The notes below the pieces were generated by a model. The model made no database searches. It was not told the origin of the DNA and saw only the letters and a program-made list of their open reading frames with translations. Both the position numbers and the translations under genes were made by a program. 64,000 nucleotides of DNA from Mobula hypostoma (lineage: Eukaryota), in assembly GCF_963921235.1 (NCBI RefSeq), contig NC_086108.1, positions 37,140,001 to 37,204,000 of the forward strand. Reading direction: 5' to 3'. Shown here piece by piece: positions 1-12,534 of this stretch. Numbering within the stretch: the stretch's first letter is position 1; every line of letters begins with the position of its first letter.

Positions 1-2540
1 AGGTGTGGTCTCACCAAGGCCTTGTACAACTGCAGTAGTACCTCCCTGCTCCTGTACTCGAATCCTCTCGCTATAAATGCCAGCATACCGTTCGCCTTTT
101 TCACCGCCTGCTGTACCTGCATGCCCACTTTCAATGACTGGTGTATAATGACACCCAGGTCTCGTTGCACCTCGCCTTTTCCTAATCGGCCACCATTCAG
201 ATAATAATCTGTTTTCCTATTTTTGCCACCAAAGTGGATAACTTCACATTTATCCACATTAAATTGCATCTGCCATGAGTTTGCCCACTCACCCAACCTA
301 TCCAAGTCACCCTGCATCCTCTTAGCATCCTCCTCACTGCTAACACTGCCACCCAGCTTCGTGTCATCCGCAAACTTGGAGATGCTGCATTTAATTCCCT
401 CATCCAAGTCATTAATATATATTGTAAACAACTGGGGTCCCAGCACTGAGCCTTGCGGTACCCCACTAGTCACCGCCTGCCATTCTGAAAAGGTCCCGTT
501 TATTCCCACTCTTTGCTTCCTGTCTGCTAACCAATTCTCCACCCACACCAATACCTTACCCCCAATACCGTGTGCTTTAAGTTTGCACACTAATCTCCTG
601 TGTGGGACCTTGTCAAAAGCCTTTTGAAAATCCAAATATACCACATCCACTGGTTCTCCCCTATCCACTCTACTAGTTACATCTTCAAAAAATTCTATGA
701 GATTCGTCAGACATGATTTTCCTTTCACAAATCCATGCTGACTTTGTCCGATCATTTCACCGCTTTCCAAATGTCCTGTTATCACATCCTTGATAACTGA
801 CTCCAGCAGTTTCCCCACCACCGACGTTAGGCTAACCGGCCTATAATTCCCTGGTTTCTCTCTCCCTCCTTTTTTAAAAAGTGGGGTTACATTAGCCACC
901 CTCCAATCCTCAGGAACTAGTCCAGAATCTAACGAGTTTTGAAAAATTATCACTAATGCATCCACTATTTCTTGGGCTACTTCCTTAAGTACTCTGGGAT
1001 GCAGACCATCTGGCCCTGGGGATTTATCTGCCTTCAATCCCTTCAATTTACCTAACACCACTTCCCTACTAACATGTATTTCACTCAGTTCCTCCATCTC
1101 ACTGGACCCTCTGTCCCTTACTATTTCTGGAAGATTATTTATGTCCTCCTTAGTGAAGACAGAACCAAAGTAATTATTCAATTGGTCTGCCATGTCCTTG
1201 CTCCCCATAATCAATTCACCTGTTTCTGTCTGCAGGGGACCTACATTTGTCTTTATCAGTCTTTTCCTTTTTACATATCTATAAAAGCTTTTACAGTCCG
1301 TTTTTATGTTCTCTGCCAGTTTTCTCTCATAATCTTTTTTCCCCTTCCTAATTAAGCCCTTTGTCCTCCTCTGCTGAACTCTGAATTTCTCCCAGTCCTC
1401 AGGTGAGCCACTTTCTCTGGCTAATTTGTATGCTACTTCTTTGGAATTGATACTATCCCTAATTTCTCTTGTCAGCCACGGGTGCACTACCTTCCTTGAT
1501 TTATTCTTTTGCCAAACTGGGATGAACAATTGTTGTAGTTCATCCATGCAACCTTTAAATGCCTGCCATTGCATATCCACCGTCAATCCTTTAAGTGTCA
1601 TTTGCCAGTCTATCTTAGCTAATTCACGACTCATACCTTCAAAGTTACCCCTCTTTAAGTTCAGAACCTTTGTTTCTGAATTAACTATGTCACTCTCCAT
1701 CTTAATGAAGAATTCCACCATATTATGGTCACTCTTACCCAAGGGGCCTCTCACGACAAGATCGCTAATTAACCCTTCCTCATTGCTCAAAACCCAGTCC
1801 AGAATAGCCTGCTCTCTAGTCGGTTCCTCGACATGTTGGTTCAAAAAACCATCCCACATACATTCCAAGAAATCCTCTTCCTCAGCACCTTTACCAATTT
1901 GGTTCACCCAGTCTACATGTAGATTGAAGTCACCCATTATAACTGCTGTTCCTTTATTGCACACATTTCTAATTTCCTGTTTAATACCATCTCCGACCTC
2001 ACTACTACTGTTAGGTGGCCTGTACACAACTCCCACCAGCGTCTTCTGCCCCTTAGTGTTACGCAGCTCTACCCATATCGATTCCACATCTTCCCGGCTT
2101 ATGTCCTTCCTTTCTATTGCGTTAATCTCTTTTTTAACCAGCAACGCCACCCCACCTCCCCTTCCTTCATGTCTATCCCTCCTGAATATTGAATATCCCT
2201 GAATGTTGAGCTCCCATCCCTGGTCACCCTGGAGCCATGTCTCTGTGATCCCAACTATATCATAATCATTAATAACAATCTGCACTTTCAATTCATCCAC
2301 CTTATTACGAATGCTCCTTGCATTGACACATTAAGCCTTCAGGCGCTCTTTTACAACTCTCTTAGTCCTTTTTAATGCTTGCCCTGGATTTGTCGGCCTG
2401 CCACTTTTACTTTTCCCCTTTGTACTTTTTGCTTCTACGCTCACTTTACACCCCTCTGTCTCTCTGCACTGGTTCCCATCCCTCTGTTGTGAACTAACCT
2501 CCTCACACCTAGCCTCTTTAATTTGATTCCCACCCCCCAA
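1..2540 (-). CDS. CR1 ORF2 (APE endonuclease + reverse transcriptase), partial; one in-frame TAA at 2331-2333
   Basis: From 2330 downward it reads CVNARSIRNKVDEL..GITETWL..GGGVALLV..VYRPP. The same frame at the window edge reads EYRSREVLLQLYKALVRPHL. The ORF track shows no terminated ORF in this frame, consistent with it being open from 2330 to 1. Confidence 0.88.
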
Positions 2541-2545
2541 CCATT

Positions 2546-3482
2546 CTAGTTTAAAGTCACCTCAGTAGCCCGCGCTAATCTCCCTGCCAGGATATTGGTC
2601 CCCCTAGGATTTAAGTGTAACCCGTCCTTTTTGTACAGGTCACGCCTGCACCAATAGAGGTCCCAATGATCCAAAAACTTGAATCCCTGCCCCCTGCTCC
2701 AATCCCTCAGCCACGCATTTATCCTCCACCTCATCGCATTCCTACTCTCACTGTCGCGTGGCACAGGCAGTAATCCCGAGATTACTACCTTTGCGGTCCT
2801 TTTTCTCAACTCCCTTCCTAGCTCCCTATATTCTTCTTTCAGGACCTCATCCCTTTTCCTACCTATGTCATTGGTACCTATATGTACCAGGACCTCTGGC
2901 TCCTCACCCTCCCACTTCAGGATATCTTGGACACGATCAGAAATATCCCGGACCCTGGCACCAGGGAGGCAAACTACCATCCGAGTCTCTGGACTGCGTC
3001 CACAGAATCGCCTATCTGACCCCCTTACTATCGAGTCCCCTATCACAACTGCCCTCCTCTTCCTTGCCCTACCCTTCTGAGCTACAGGGCCAGACTCTGT
3101 GCCAGAGGCAGGGCCACTGTCGCTTCCCCCGGGTAAGCTGTCCCCCCCCAACAGTACTTAAACAGGAGTACCTGTTGTTAAGGGCCACAGCCACCGGGGT
3201 ACTCCCCATCACCTGCCTTTTCCCCTTCCCCCTCCTAACCGTGACCCACTTGTCTGCCTCCCGTGGCCCCGGCGTGACCACCTGCCTTCCACTCCTCTCT
3301 ATCACCTCCTCGCTCTCCCTGACCAGACGAAGGTCATCGAGCTGCAGCTCCAGTTCCGTAACGCGGTCCCTTAGGAGCTGCATCTCGATGCACTTGGCGC
3401 AGATGTAGACGTCCGGGAGGCTTGGAGACTCCAGGGCCTTCCACATCCGACACCGAGAACAGCAAACTGCCCTCACAGTCAT
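2546..3482 (-). pseudogene. CR1 ORF1 (zinc finger/leucine zipper + SGNH esterase) with one frameshift
   Basis: MTVRAVCCSRCRMW..YICAKCIEMQLLRDRVTELELQLDDLRLVRE, then GDSIVRG, HIGTND and DGLHLN (SGNH blocks). The frame changes at the C8 run 3142-3149. Confidence 0.9.
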
Positions 3483-3556
3483 AATGCCCCTCTCCTCAAA
3501 TAGCAACAGAAAATGAATGTCAAACCTTCCTCGCCTCGCCCGCTTCCGCCTAAGCC

Positions 3557-3980
3557 TGTTTGTCAGCTTTGGGCCTGTACTCACTGGGATTTAGAAGAAT
3601 GCATGGGGACCCTATTGGAACCTACTGAAAAGACTACATAAGGTGGATGTGAAAAGGATGTTTTCTCTAGTGGAGGTATCCAGAACTAGAGGCACAGCCT
3701 GAAAATTGAGGAGAAACCCTTTAGAACAGAGGTAAGGAGGAATTTTTTTAGCCAGAGAGTAATGAATCTGTGGAATGCCCTGCCACAGACTGTGGTGGAG
3801 GTCAAGTCTGTGCATGTTTAAGGCGGAAGTTGATCGCTTGTTGATCAGTCAGGGCATCGAAGGATATGCCAAGAAGGCAGGAGTATGGGGTTGAACGGGA
3901 TCCCGGATCAGCCATGATGGAATGGTGGAGCAGACTGAATGGCCTAATTCTGGTCCTATGTCTGATGGTCTTATAGTCTA
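3557..3980 (+). mobile_element. CR1 3' fragment
   Basis: RT C-terminal remnant (RTRGHSLK, RNFFSQRVMNLWN) followed by the tail TTCTGGTCCTATGTCTGATGGTCTT. Confidence 0.85.
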
Positions 3981-4854
3981 ACTCCTTTAGCTGCGCGCTT
4001 GTGCCTGGACAGTTCTCTAAAGGGAGGTCAGGATCGCAAAGAGTATCAACTTCCTTGACACAGGATATTTCCACATAAAGCAGGTTTCTGCCATGTTTCA
4101 CAATTTGCTGCTAATGCAGCATCAGAAAACATCACTTGGCCCTGTGTTTTTAAAGACATTATTTCATCTCTTGTGATTTTATTGAGAAATAGATCACAAT
4201 TTGAGATTGGAAATTGTCAGTCATTTATGGGACAGACAGCCTTTGACCATATTCATAATTTGGTAAGTTTTCTTTGCAGTAGTCTGGATATTTCTGTGAA
4301 TAGGAAGATTTTAAACTTCCTCAGAGTGAGGGTCATTGTGGATGAAATTCTTCATGGTGAAAGCCATGCTTCCAGGAATCAGTAATGGCTTTTTCATTTC
4401 CAACAGATGGACCCTGGGAGTTTAGAATTATCTCCACCTTCCTTGGTTCCCTACCTGTCAGCACTCTACTGTTGTCAGAAGTAGACTGAGAACTGTGAAA
4501 GTACAAGGTGGTGGAAAACATTGTTGGTCTACCTTTATCATATTCTCTTTATCACATCAGATGTGCTGACAATGCATATTAGGCAGATGTGGATCCTTCT
4601 TCATCAGTGACTGCATGTTACACAATCTAGAAGACTATATTTTGCATCTTGTACCGTAAGAAGAACAGCAAAGTCACGTAAAGCTTGTGGGCCGTATGAC
4701 AAAAAGCTTGAAAAGCAGCAAAAGCCAGAGGAACAGGACAAAGGTACCAAAGGAAGTCCCTGCACAGAATCCAATATCCCATCTTCTGGATGGGTACTGC
4801 AGGCAGGCATTGGCCACCTGGGATAGAACAGACTCAATATAATATAGTAAGTAT

Positions 4855-6490
4855 AATAGGGAAGTGCATGGTGATGTACTTTGACTGAAGGATTAAGGGC
4901 AGAGACTATTTTGTAAATGGGGAGAAAATTCAAAAATCAGAGGTGTAGAGAGACTTGTGAATCATTATGCAGGATTCCCAAAAGGTTAACTTTCAGGTTG
5001 AGTCAGTGGTAAGGAAGGCAAATGCAATGTCAGTATTCATTGTGAGAGGACTAGAATGTGTCACGTACCCCATGACAGGAATAAAGAGCCAGCAGAAATG
5101 GAAAACACTTTGGAGTCCAGTATTGCTATTAACTAATACTATTTATTAGTAACTACACAATACAGTGATATAAATGTAGATAAATCAAATAGGTTGGCAA
5201 TGATTATGTATATAAGTAAGTATATCAGTAAGTGTGGAAATATATATGATAAAGAACCAAGCTTCTTTAAGTCTAGGGTTAAAAAGATACAGTCTTACGA
5301 TGATGAGTATACTTCAGTTCAGCTCAGTTCGTGATATTGAGTTGAGTAGTGATGGAGAGAGAGAGAGGGAGAAATTTGAGTCTTCAGGTGAGCTGACGCA
5401 GTCGATCTTCTCGTTGTCCTCCGAAATCCTTTAAAAAGTCACGGACTGTGACCACAACTAAGGAGACCGGTTTTCTGTGGTGGAGCTATCACCCAGGCAA
5501 GGGTGGGCACATGGACAACTCCCCACCGGTCACTGCCTTTTCTTTTCACTGCAAGAGCCACTGATCAATCTGCCTGATCGATCCTCCAAAAAGCCACTTT
5601 TTCTGCGGGCAGAACAAAGCTCGTTCAGTGTCCCAAAGCATGTGTTTGAGGTCTATATCTGACCTTCTATTTTATCTTCCCATGCTGAGCAGCAGCTGTC
5701 ACTCAAATAACTCCTCCTTCCTTTTTCTGTGTAAGAAATGTACTAGCAGGCGAGGTCCTTGAAGAAATTATAAACAACCTGTGAGCAGTCTTCGTCTCCC
5801 TCTCTCTCTTTCAAAACAACATGTCGGTGTTAAATAACTCTCTCTCTCTCTTTCTTTTCAAAAGCACAGTTCATAGGGGTAATCGAGAACAATTTATAGG
5901 GGTAATTCAGGACCCCTTCACAAATGAAAAATGCAAAAGATCGCACTTGAAGTATTGTGAGCAGTTTTGGTCCCCCTTATTTAAGAAAGGATGTGATGGC
6001 ATTGAAGGAAGTCCAGTGAAGGCTCATGAGAATGATCCCAGGGATGAAAGGGTTAACTTATGATGAACATTTAATTGCTCTGGGCCTGTACTCACTGAAG
6101 TTAAGCAGAATAGGAAGGATCTCATTGAAAACAATTGAATATTCAGAAGCCTAGGTCGAGTGGATGTGGAGGATATTCCAATATAGGGGAGTCTAGAACC
6201 AGAGGGCATAGCCTCAGAATTGATGCACGTCCATTTAGGACAGAAATGAGGAAAAAGTTCTTTAGCCAGAGGGTGGTGAATCTATGGAATTCTTTGCCAC
6301 AGAAGCTGTGCAGGCCAAGTCATTTGGAATATTTAAGGTGGAGGTTGATATGTTCTTAATTAATCAGGGCACCAATGGTTGTGAGGAGAAAGGAGGAAAG
6401 TGGAGTTGAGAGGGATAACAAATCAGCCATAATGGAATGGTGGAGCAGACTCAACGGACCAAATGGCCTAATTCTGCTCCTAGGTCTTAC
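4855..6490 (+). mobile_element. Degenerate CR1 3' portion interrupted by a solo LTR
   Basis: DSQKVNFQVESVVRKANAM lies before the insert and HLKYCEQFWSP..TRGHSL..FFSQRVVNLWNSLP after it; CR1 tail at about 6470-6490. Confidence 0.85.
5059..5922. mobile_element. Solo LTR (864 bp)
   Basis: Starts TGTCAC and ends TTCACA; perfect 4-bp TSD AATG at 5055-5058 and 5923-5926; interrupts a CR1. Confidence 0.85.
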
Positions 6491-7299
6491 AATTTTATGA
6501 TCAATGCGGAGATTTATTTCGCAAGGGTTTTACAAAGTAAAATGCCCCACTACAAAACAATTTCCACCCCTTCCACAATACCATCATTAATACTAACATA
6601 ATACATCAATATCACCACATCTAGCAAGGCCAGATCACTCACTCATAGTCCTCTGACAGTTCTGCCTGCGTTGAAAATAATTCATATTAATGAAGGAGTG
6701 AATCTCCAATGATTTTAGTATCTTGCTGTAATATCTCAGATGTGTGGCATTTCACTTTAAAGACTTAAAGCAATGAGAAATACCTAGGATACAGGAGGAT
6801 TTACCTTCTGGATGTAAACTGTGGTGTGTAATTCACTCCATCATATCTTGTGAGATCATGAAATTTCTGACATTGTTGCATTGTGTGGGCATTTTCAAGA
6901 TGAGGTGACTGTATTCACCTCCTGCTAAGTCTGTCGTCTCCTGGGCTTTAATGGGTGGAAAATTTTCTCCTCACATTTATCTGACTAACTGTGACTTGCT
7001 TAGAGTGAATGGGGGAGCTGTTTCCATCTTTGCTATAACTCTGATTCATGGCAGTAATGTTTGTGTTGCAGCTCCTTGGTTGTTCTGGCGAGGTATCTTT
7101 ACAAGGTTGGTGCCCTTCTCTAAAGTCTAAAGTTGAGAAATGCACTGAATTGACTGAGGTTCCACCTCAACATTTTGTAAGGCAGAAAGCACCTTAAGAT
7201 CATTTCAAACTGGATTTTCATTATTTTGTCCTTCATATTGAGTACCCAGTTGAATGTAGGATGAAATCCAGCCTATTTTGGTGCATAAAAATGGATGCA

Positions 7300-7575
7300 A
7301 ACTCAACTTCACTCACCCCATCACTGAACTGTTCCTACAACCTATGGACTGACTTTCAAGGATTCTTCATCCCATGTTCTCATATTTATTGCTTATATAT
7401 TATATATTTTTACCTTTTTTGTATTTGCAGAGTTTGTTGTCTTTTGTACATTGGTTGTTAGTCCATCCTGTTGGGTTTAGTCTTTTATTGATTCTATTGT
7501 GTTTCTTGGATTTATTGTCTGTGCCCACAAGAAAACAAATCTCAGGGTTGTACATCATTACATATATATACTTTC
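7300..7575 (+). mobile_element. Rex1-like LINE 3' UTR fragment
   Basis: Matches the reverse complement of the 3' UTR at about 34740-35075 (AACCTATGGACT..CTTTCAAGGA..CCCACAAGAAAA..AATCT). Confidence 0.7.
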
Positions 7576-8587
7576 TATTGGTGTTCTAAACATCAATAAG
7601 AATAAGAATGAGATGCTGTGTAAGTGGACGCCCAGGTTTATTTGGGGATAACAGCAGCAAAAAGGTACATATACATAGCATTGCTGAGTGCGCTAAGATT
7701 TAATTTTGCAATTATACCATGCAAGATGTGTTGAAACTTAAAAAAAATTAAGGACAACATGCTTGGGTAATATATGTATTTATCACCATCCCCTACGCTT
7801 CCCAATCCATACTGCCTAACTCTATAGTTTTACGTATTCCTCACCCATTCATCTAAGTGAGTGTTCTGCCCATGCACATACTACATTCTTGCCACCATTA
7901 ACACGCATGCCTTTGAATAATTAAATCTCAAATTCTGCCTTTCTTTTCAACCTCTAAATACTCATCAAAAACACCTCTTTGACTTAGTTTTTGTGAGCCA
8001 TCAGTAGCTGCTATTTTGTTCCAGTTATCTTAGTTATCTGATTGTTTCTTAAACTTAGAATGTCATTTTAAATTAAAATTCATATATGAACGCAAATATT
8101 TACTGTTACCATAAAATGTTGAAGATCCAATTCCAGGACAGAACTTGAAAACTCGAGGAAAGGAAAGCAACCCCAATTCTGGCTAGTTCACTGTTGGGGA
8201 TTGACTGCTAATGGTCAGCTGTGCATTTAACTAAAATAAGTCTTTCTCAGTGGGAGCAAGTTCTCTTTTTCTTTAGTAGATTGGGTCAGTGAGATGTGAA
8301 TTGGATGTTACCCATGCAAGGATCTTGAGTGTGGTATATTAGCATGGGCTCTGCAACTTTTAGACACTCTTGGCACAGATAATAATTGAGCGGCTGAGAT
8401 TGGTTTGTTTCACAATTTTACACCTGGCTTAGAGCCTGCAAACTCCAAAAAAAAAAATCAGTAATTTTTCAACAACATGTGACCACTGATGAGCTGTTTA
8501 AAAAGCAATAGAAAGTTAGCAAATTATTTATCCCAAAAACCTATTACTTGGAGCCTGACCATCAAAAGGAATACCTAGGGTTTTATG

Positions 8588-8795
8588 AAACATATGTAAA
8601 ATGCTGGAGAAACCCAGCAAATCTGGCAGCATTTAAGGAGAGGAAGAAACATTTAACAATTTGGGCTGAGACCCTTCATCATCACTGGAAAGGAAGGGCA
8701 CAGAAGAAGGTGGGGAGGGGAAGAAGTGCAGGGTGGCAGTTGATATGTGAGACTATGTGAGATGTAACACAAGTGGGTAGGAGTGGGGAGAGAAA
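8588..8795 (-). mobile_element. Penelope-like terminal repeat fragment
   Basis: AAATGCTGGAG..CAGCA..GGCAGCAT..GGGCTGAGACCCTTCATCA, the same repeat that ends the GIY-YIG-bearing copies at 12535 and about 41400. Confidence 0.7.
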
Positions 8796-8804
8796 TCAGA
8801 AGGA

Positions 8805-9767
8805 AATATTCTAAAGGGGAGAAAATCCAAAAATCAGTGGCGCAAAGGGACTAGACTCCTTGTTGCAGGATTTCCTAAAAGTTAACTTGCAGTTGGATCG
8901 GTGGCAAGGTAGGCAATTGCAATGTTAGCATTTGTTTTGAGAGGACTAGAACATAGAGTAAGGATGTGATCTTGAGGCTTTCTAAGGCTTTGGTCAGACC
9001 ACACTTGGTGTAGCGCAAGCAGTTTTGGGCCCTTTATCTAAGAAAAGAAGTGCTGTTATTGGAGAGGATCTCAAGCCTGTTCTTAAGGATTATTCCAGAA
9101 ATAAAAGGGTTAATATATGGACAAGAGAAAATCTGCAGATGCTGGAAATCTGAGCAACACACACAAAATGCTGGAGGAATTCAGCAGGCTAGGCAGCATC
9201 CATGGAAAAGCGTATTGTTGACTTTGGTCCTGCCGAAGTGTTTTGGCCTGAAACGTCGACAGTACTGTTTTCCATAAATGCTGCCTGGCCTGCTGAATTT
9301 CTCCAGCATCTTGTGCGAGTTAATATATGAGGAACATTTGATGGCTCTGGGGTTGTACTTGCTGGAGTTTAGAAGAATGAAGAGGGATAAGAAACCTATC
9401 AAACATTGAAAGGCCTAAACAGAGTGGATGTGGAGAGAATTTTTCCTATCATGGGGGAGTCTAGGACCAGAATGCATGGCCTCAGAATAGATGGACTCCA
9501 TTTAGAACAAAGATGAGGAGGAATTTCTTAGCCAAAGGGTGGTGAATCTGTGGAATTCATTGTCATAGACAGCTGTGGAGGCCAAGTCCTTGAGCGTGTT
9601 TAAAGTGGAGTTTGACAGGCTCTTGTTCAGTCAGGGCATCAAAGGTTACAGGGAGAAGGCAGGAGAACGGAGTTGAGAGGGATACTAAATTAGCCATGAT
9701 AGCCGAACAGACTGGAAGAGCTGAGTGGCCTAATTCTGCTCTTATGTCTAATGGTCTTATGGTCTAG
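8805..9767 (+). mobile_element. CR1 3' portion interrupted by a fold-back PLE mini-element
   Basis: RT C-terminal remnant and the tail TTCTGCTCTTATGTCTAATGGTCTTATGGTCT. Confidence 0.85.
9120..9318. mobile_element. Fold-back PLE-derived mini-element (about 200 bp) with hammerhead-like motif
   Basis: Two inverted copies of the PLE terminal repeat; 11-bp TSD GTTAATATATG at 9109-9119 and 9319-9329. Confidence 0.8.
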
Positions 9768-11119
9768 GTAAAGAGCTGAAGAAGAATAAATCTGATAGGC
9801 GACAATAATGGACCCAGAATAGAGGAGGAGGTTTTGAAGGCAGTCAGGGATCTAACAAAGAATAGGAGCATACAATTTGTACATTTTATGGCCATTATAA
9901 TGGCTAGTGAAGGGATCAATATTGGTTGCAATACCTGGAAGAAGTCCAGAACTTTCCTTCAAAAACATACAACGAACAGATAGTTTATGCTTCTTCAACA
10001 GGAAAAATTACCTTTACAGTTGTGACAGCCAAAAGAAACAAGTAGTCAACCATTAGATTTAAAAACTAATTATTTTTCCCCAAGGAATATTTTGACTGGT
10101 TCTGTTTATGTGCATGTTCAGTTTTTGGAAATGGTACTGTTGCTCTCGGTATATATTTGCGTTTATCAAAATGACGGATGACATTATTGGAGAACAGAGC
10201 ATTTTTTTCATCCCTACAGATCAACAACATCAAGCATTCCTCAGTTAGGTATTATAAAAGTCGGAAACAATTTAGAATTCTTTCAACATTGCCCTGAAAA
10301 TCCATTCCCTTTTTGAGTGGAATTCTGTTTTGGTGTGACTCTGTTGTTTTCCACTCATATATTCTCTGCATGAACTAAATGTCCAATGTCCGGGTAAAGA
10401 TGAAGCATTGGGTTATTTCAGTTTTGAGAATAATTTGATCACCGCAAACTGTGACACAAGTAGAAGTCCTGAATTCATTTGATTCTAACCTTGTTTCCCT
10501 TCTGTCAGCAAAAAAAACCTCAGTAACTGTATTTAAAATAGAATCATTGTCCTGTGTTTTAAACTCCTTGTCTACTTGGAAAAGAATGGTGATGAAGAAG
10601 ATTGCAACAGGTTGGGTGAAAAGGGATAGGGAATAAAAAGTGGAGGGTTAGGCTATTTTTACCAAATGGGTAACCAAGTTTTACAGGCCTATATGTAGGT
10701 TTTTAACCTTATCACTGCATTGTCATTTAATTTCGGTATCTCCTGACAAATTAGACTGCACACACACGGTGATAAGACACGAATCCACTTCAAGTGGAGA
10801 ATATAAAGGAAATCGGTAAACATGAAATTTGATAATTCAACACTATGAGGCTGCTCTTTATTTTAGTGCCAGCTCATCGGGTGTAGTACAACTGGCTGTA
10901 ATGCCCTGAAGGAGGATATTTCTCCCTTACTTTGTGACAGTGAGAAGCGGAATATTCAACCACGTGCATTATATGTGCTACGCCCCAAATCTTTCAAAAC
11001 GCGTTAAACCTACTACAGAATATCAGTCTTCACTAAAATGTATCTAGCAGCTACTCACATTCTCCACCTGCCTACTCTCCAATCTTCTGTCCCTACTTTT
11101 CCCACATTCTCAGATATCC

Positions 11120-11480
11120 AGTCTTCTGGGAAAACATTGAAATGTTTACTAAAGAAGGTAACAACAGAAGACCTTGAAAGGAATAATAGGAATGAGCAGA
11201 CTCAAAATGGGTTTACGGAATGTAGTTCACATTTGACTAATATGCTGGAGTTCCTTGAGAATGTGAACGGTGAATAGCTGCTGAGGAACCAGTGGCACAT
11301 TGGATTTTCACAAGTTCTTCACAGGAAGTTAGTTAACAAAGATAGAGCAACTGAAATTGGGGTGATATACTGACATGGAATGAGAATTAGTTATAGACAG
11401 AAAGCAAGAGGTTGGAATAAAGGGATCATTCCTTGGCTGGCAGGTAGTGATTAGTGATGTACCACATGGATTAGTGTCCC
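11120..11480 (+). mobile_element. Old CR1 RT remnant
   Basis: QNGFTECSSHLTNMLEFLENV, a degenerate form of QHGF..SCLTNLLEFFE, followed by LDFHK. Confidence 0.6.
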
Positions 11481-11899
11481 CAGCTTTAAACAATCCATTA
11501 TAGCAATTTGGAATATAATGTGGAAAAAATACAAGGAGATAGCAAATGCACACTGCATGGGCTATATAGCTATCAGGTAATTTGCAATTTTTTTGAGTTA
11601 ATTGTGAGTTTCCATCAAGGCTTGACACTTAGCATAGCCAGGGTAATGTCACTATAGCAGGGCTCCATGTGAAGGACAGGAGCTTGGCACCATCGTACCA
11701 CCTGACATCTTAGATCGGAAGACCATCAGGCAGGAAATCGACACTGTTGGTTAAAGGAAGGCCAGGTTCCAACTTGCCACAAGTGCAAACTGATCATCGC
11801 TGGCAGCAATTCTGCCCCATGGAATCAGAAAAACCTGATTATTGCATCACGACATAGCAAACTATAAGGTCCAAATTCAGGAAAATCAGTTTTTTAAGA

Positions 11900-12195
11900 A
11901 CATCGGAACATAAGAAATAGGAGCAGGAGTATGCCATCTGGCCCATCAAGCCACCTCAGCCTTTTAATAAGATCATGGCTGATCTGGCCACTGATTCATC
12001 TCTATCTACCTGCCTTTTCCTCATAACCCTTAATTCCCCTACTATGCAAAAATCAATCGAACCCTGTCTTAAATATATTTACTCCATTGTTTCATTGGGC
12101 AGAGATTTCCACAGATTCACCACTCTCTGAGAAAAGCAGTTCCTCTTCATCTCTGTCTTAAATCTAATCCCACGAATCTTGAGGCTATTTCCCCC
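11900..12195 (-). mobile_element. CR1 3' end fragment
   Basis: GAACATAAGAAATAGGAGCAGGAGT tail and TTCCACAGATTCACCACTCTCTGAGAAAAG (antisense of FSQRVVNLWK). Confidence 0.8.
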
Positions 12196-12534
12196 AAATC
12201 ATTGAAATGAGAGCTTGCCTGTTGGACCTGCTATGGTTAAACACCAATCAAATCTTCTTTAATAGTTCAGATTACCTGCTGGAAAAGGCAATTAGATCCA
12301 ACTCTGTCCTTCTGATTACCTACTACAAAAGGTTAGCTCAGAGAGGACAGCAGTTAACACTTCATATCAAACATCTTAATGCACAGAAAATGTATTCTAA
12401 AGATTTGCAACAGCAAATAGAAAGATTTATTCCTCTGTGTTACAGGATATTTTGTTGCCTTAGGTTATATTGTTATCAGTGACGGACTTTATCTGGAACT
12501 CTATTGCAAGTTCATTTACAACCATTTTATTCAG

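Larger units (their letters stand above)
1..3556 (-). mobile_element. Young CR1-clade LINE (ORF1 + ORF2); 3' end lies beyond the window start
   Basis: ORF1 has a CxxC zinc motif, leucine zipper and SGNH esterase; ORF2 has APE endonuclease and RT. 5' boundary approximate. Confidence 0.95.

Noticed and set aside
1426..2202. 258-aa plus-strand ORF and similar ORFs at 223-627, 2679-3408, 44237-44596 and 54475-54921
   Set aside because: Antisense shadows of CR1 coding sequence.
4333..4817. Possible minus-strand exons (acceptor-like sites at about 4493 and 4818; hydrophobic reading VANACLQYPSRRWDIGFCAGTSFGTFVLFLWLLLLFKLF)
   Set aside because: No recognisable protein and no consistent exon chain; cannot be supported without RNA or homology data.
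6948..7145. Short minus-strand ORF with splice-like flanks
   Set aside because: No recognisable homology; its length is within chance expectation.
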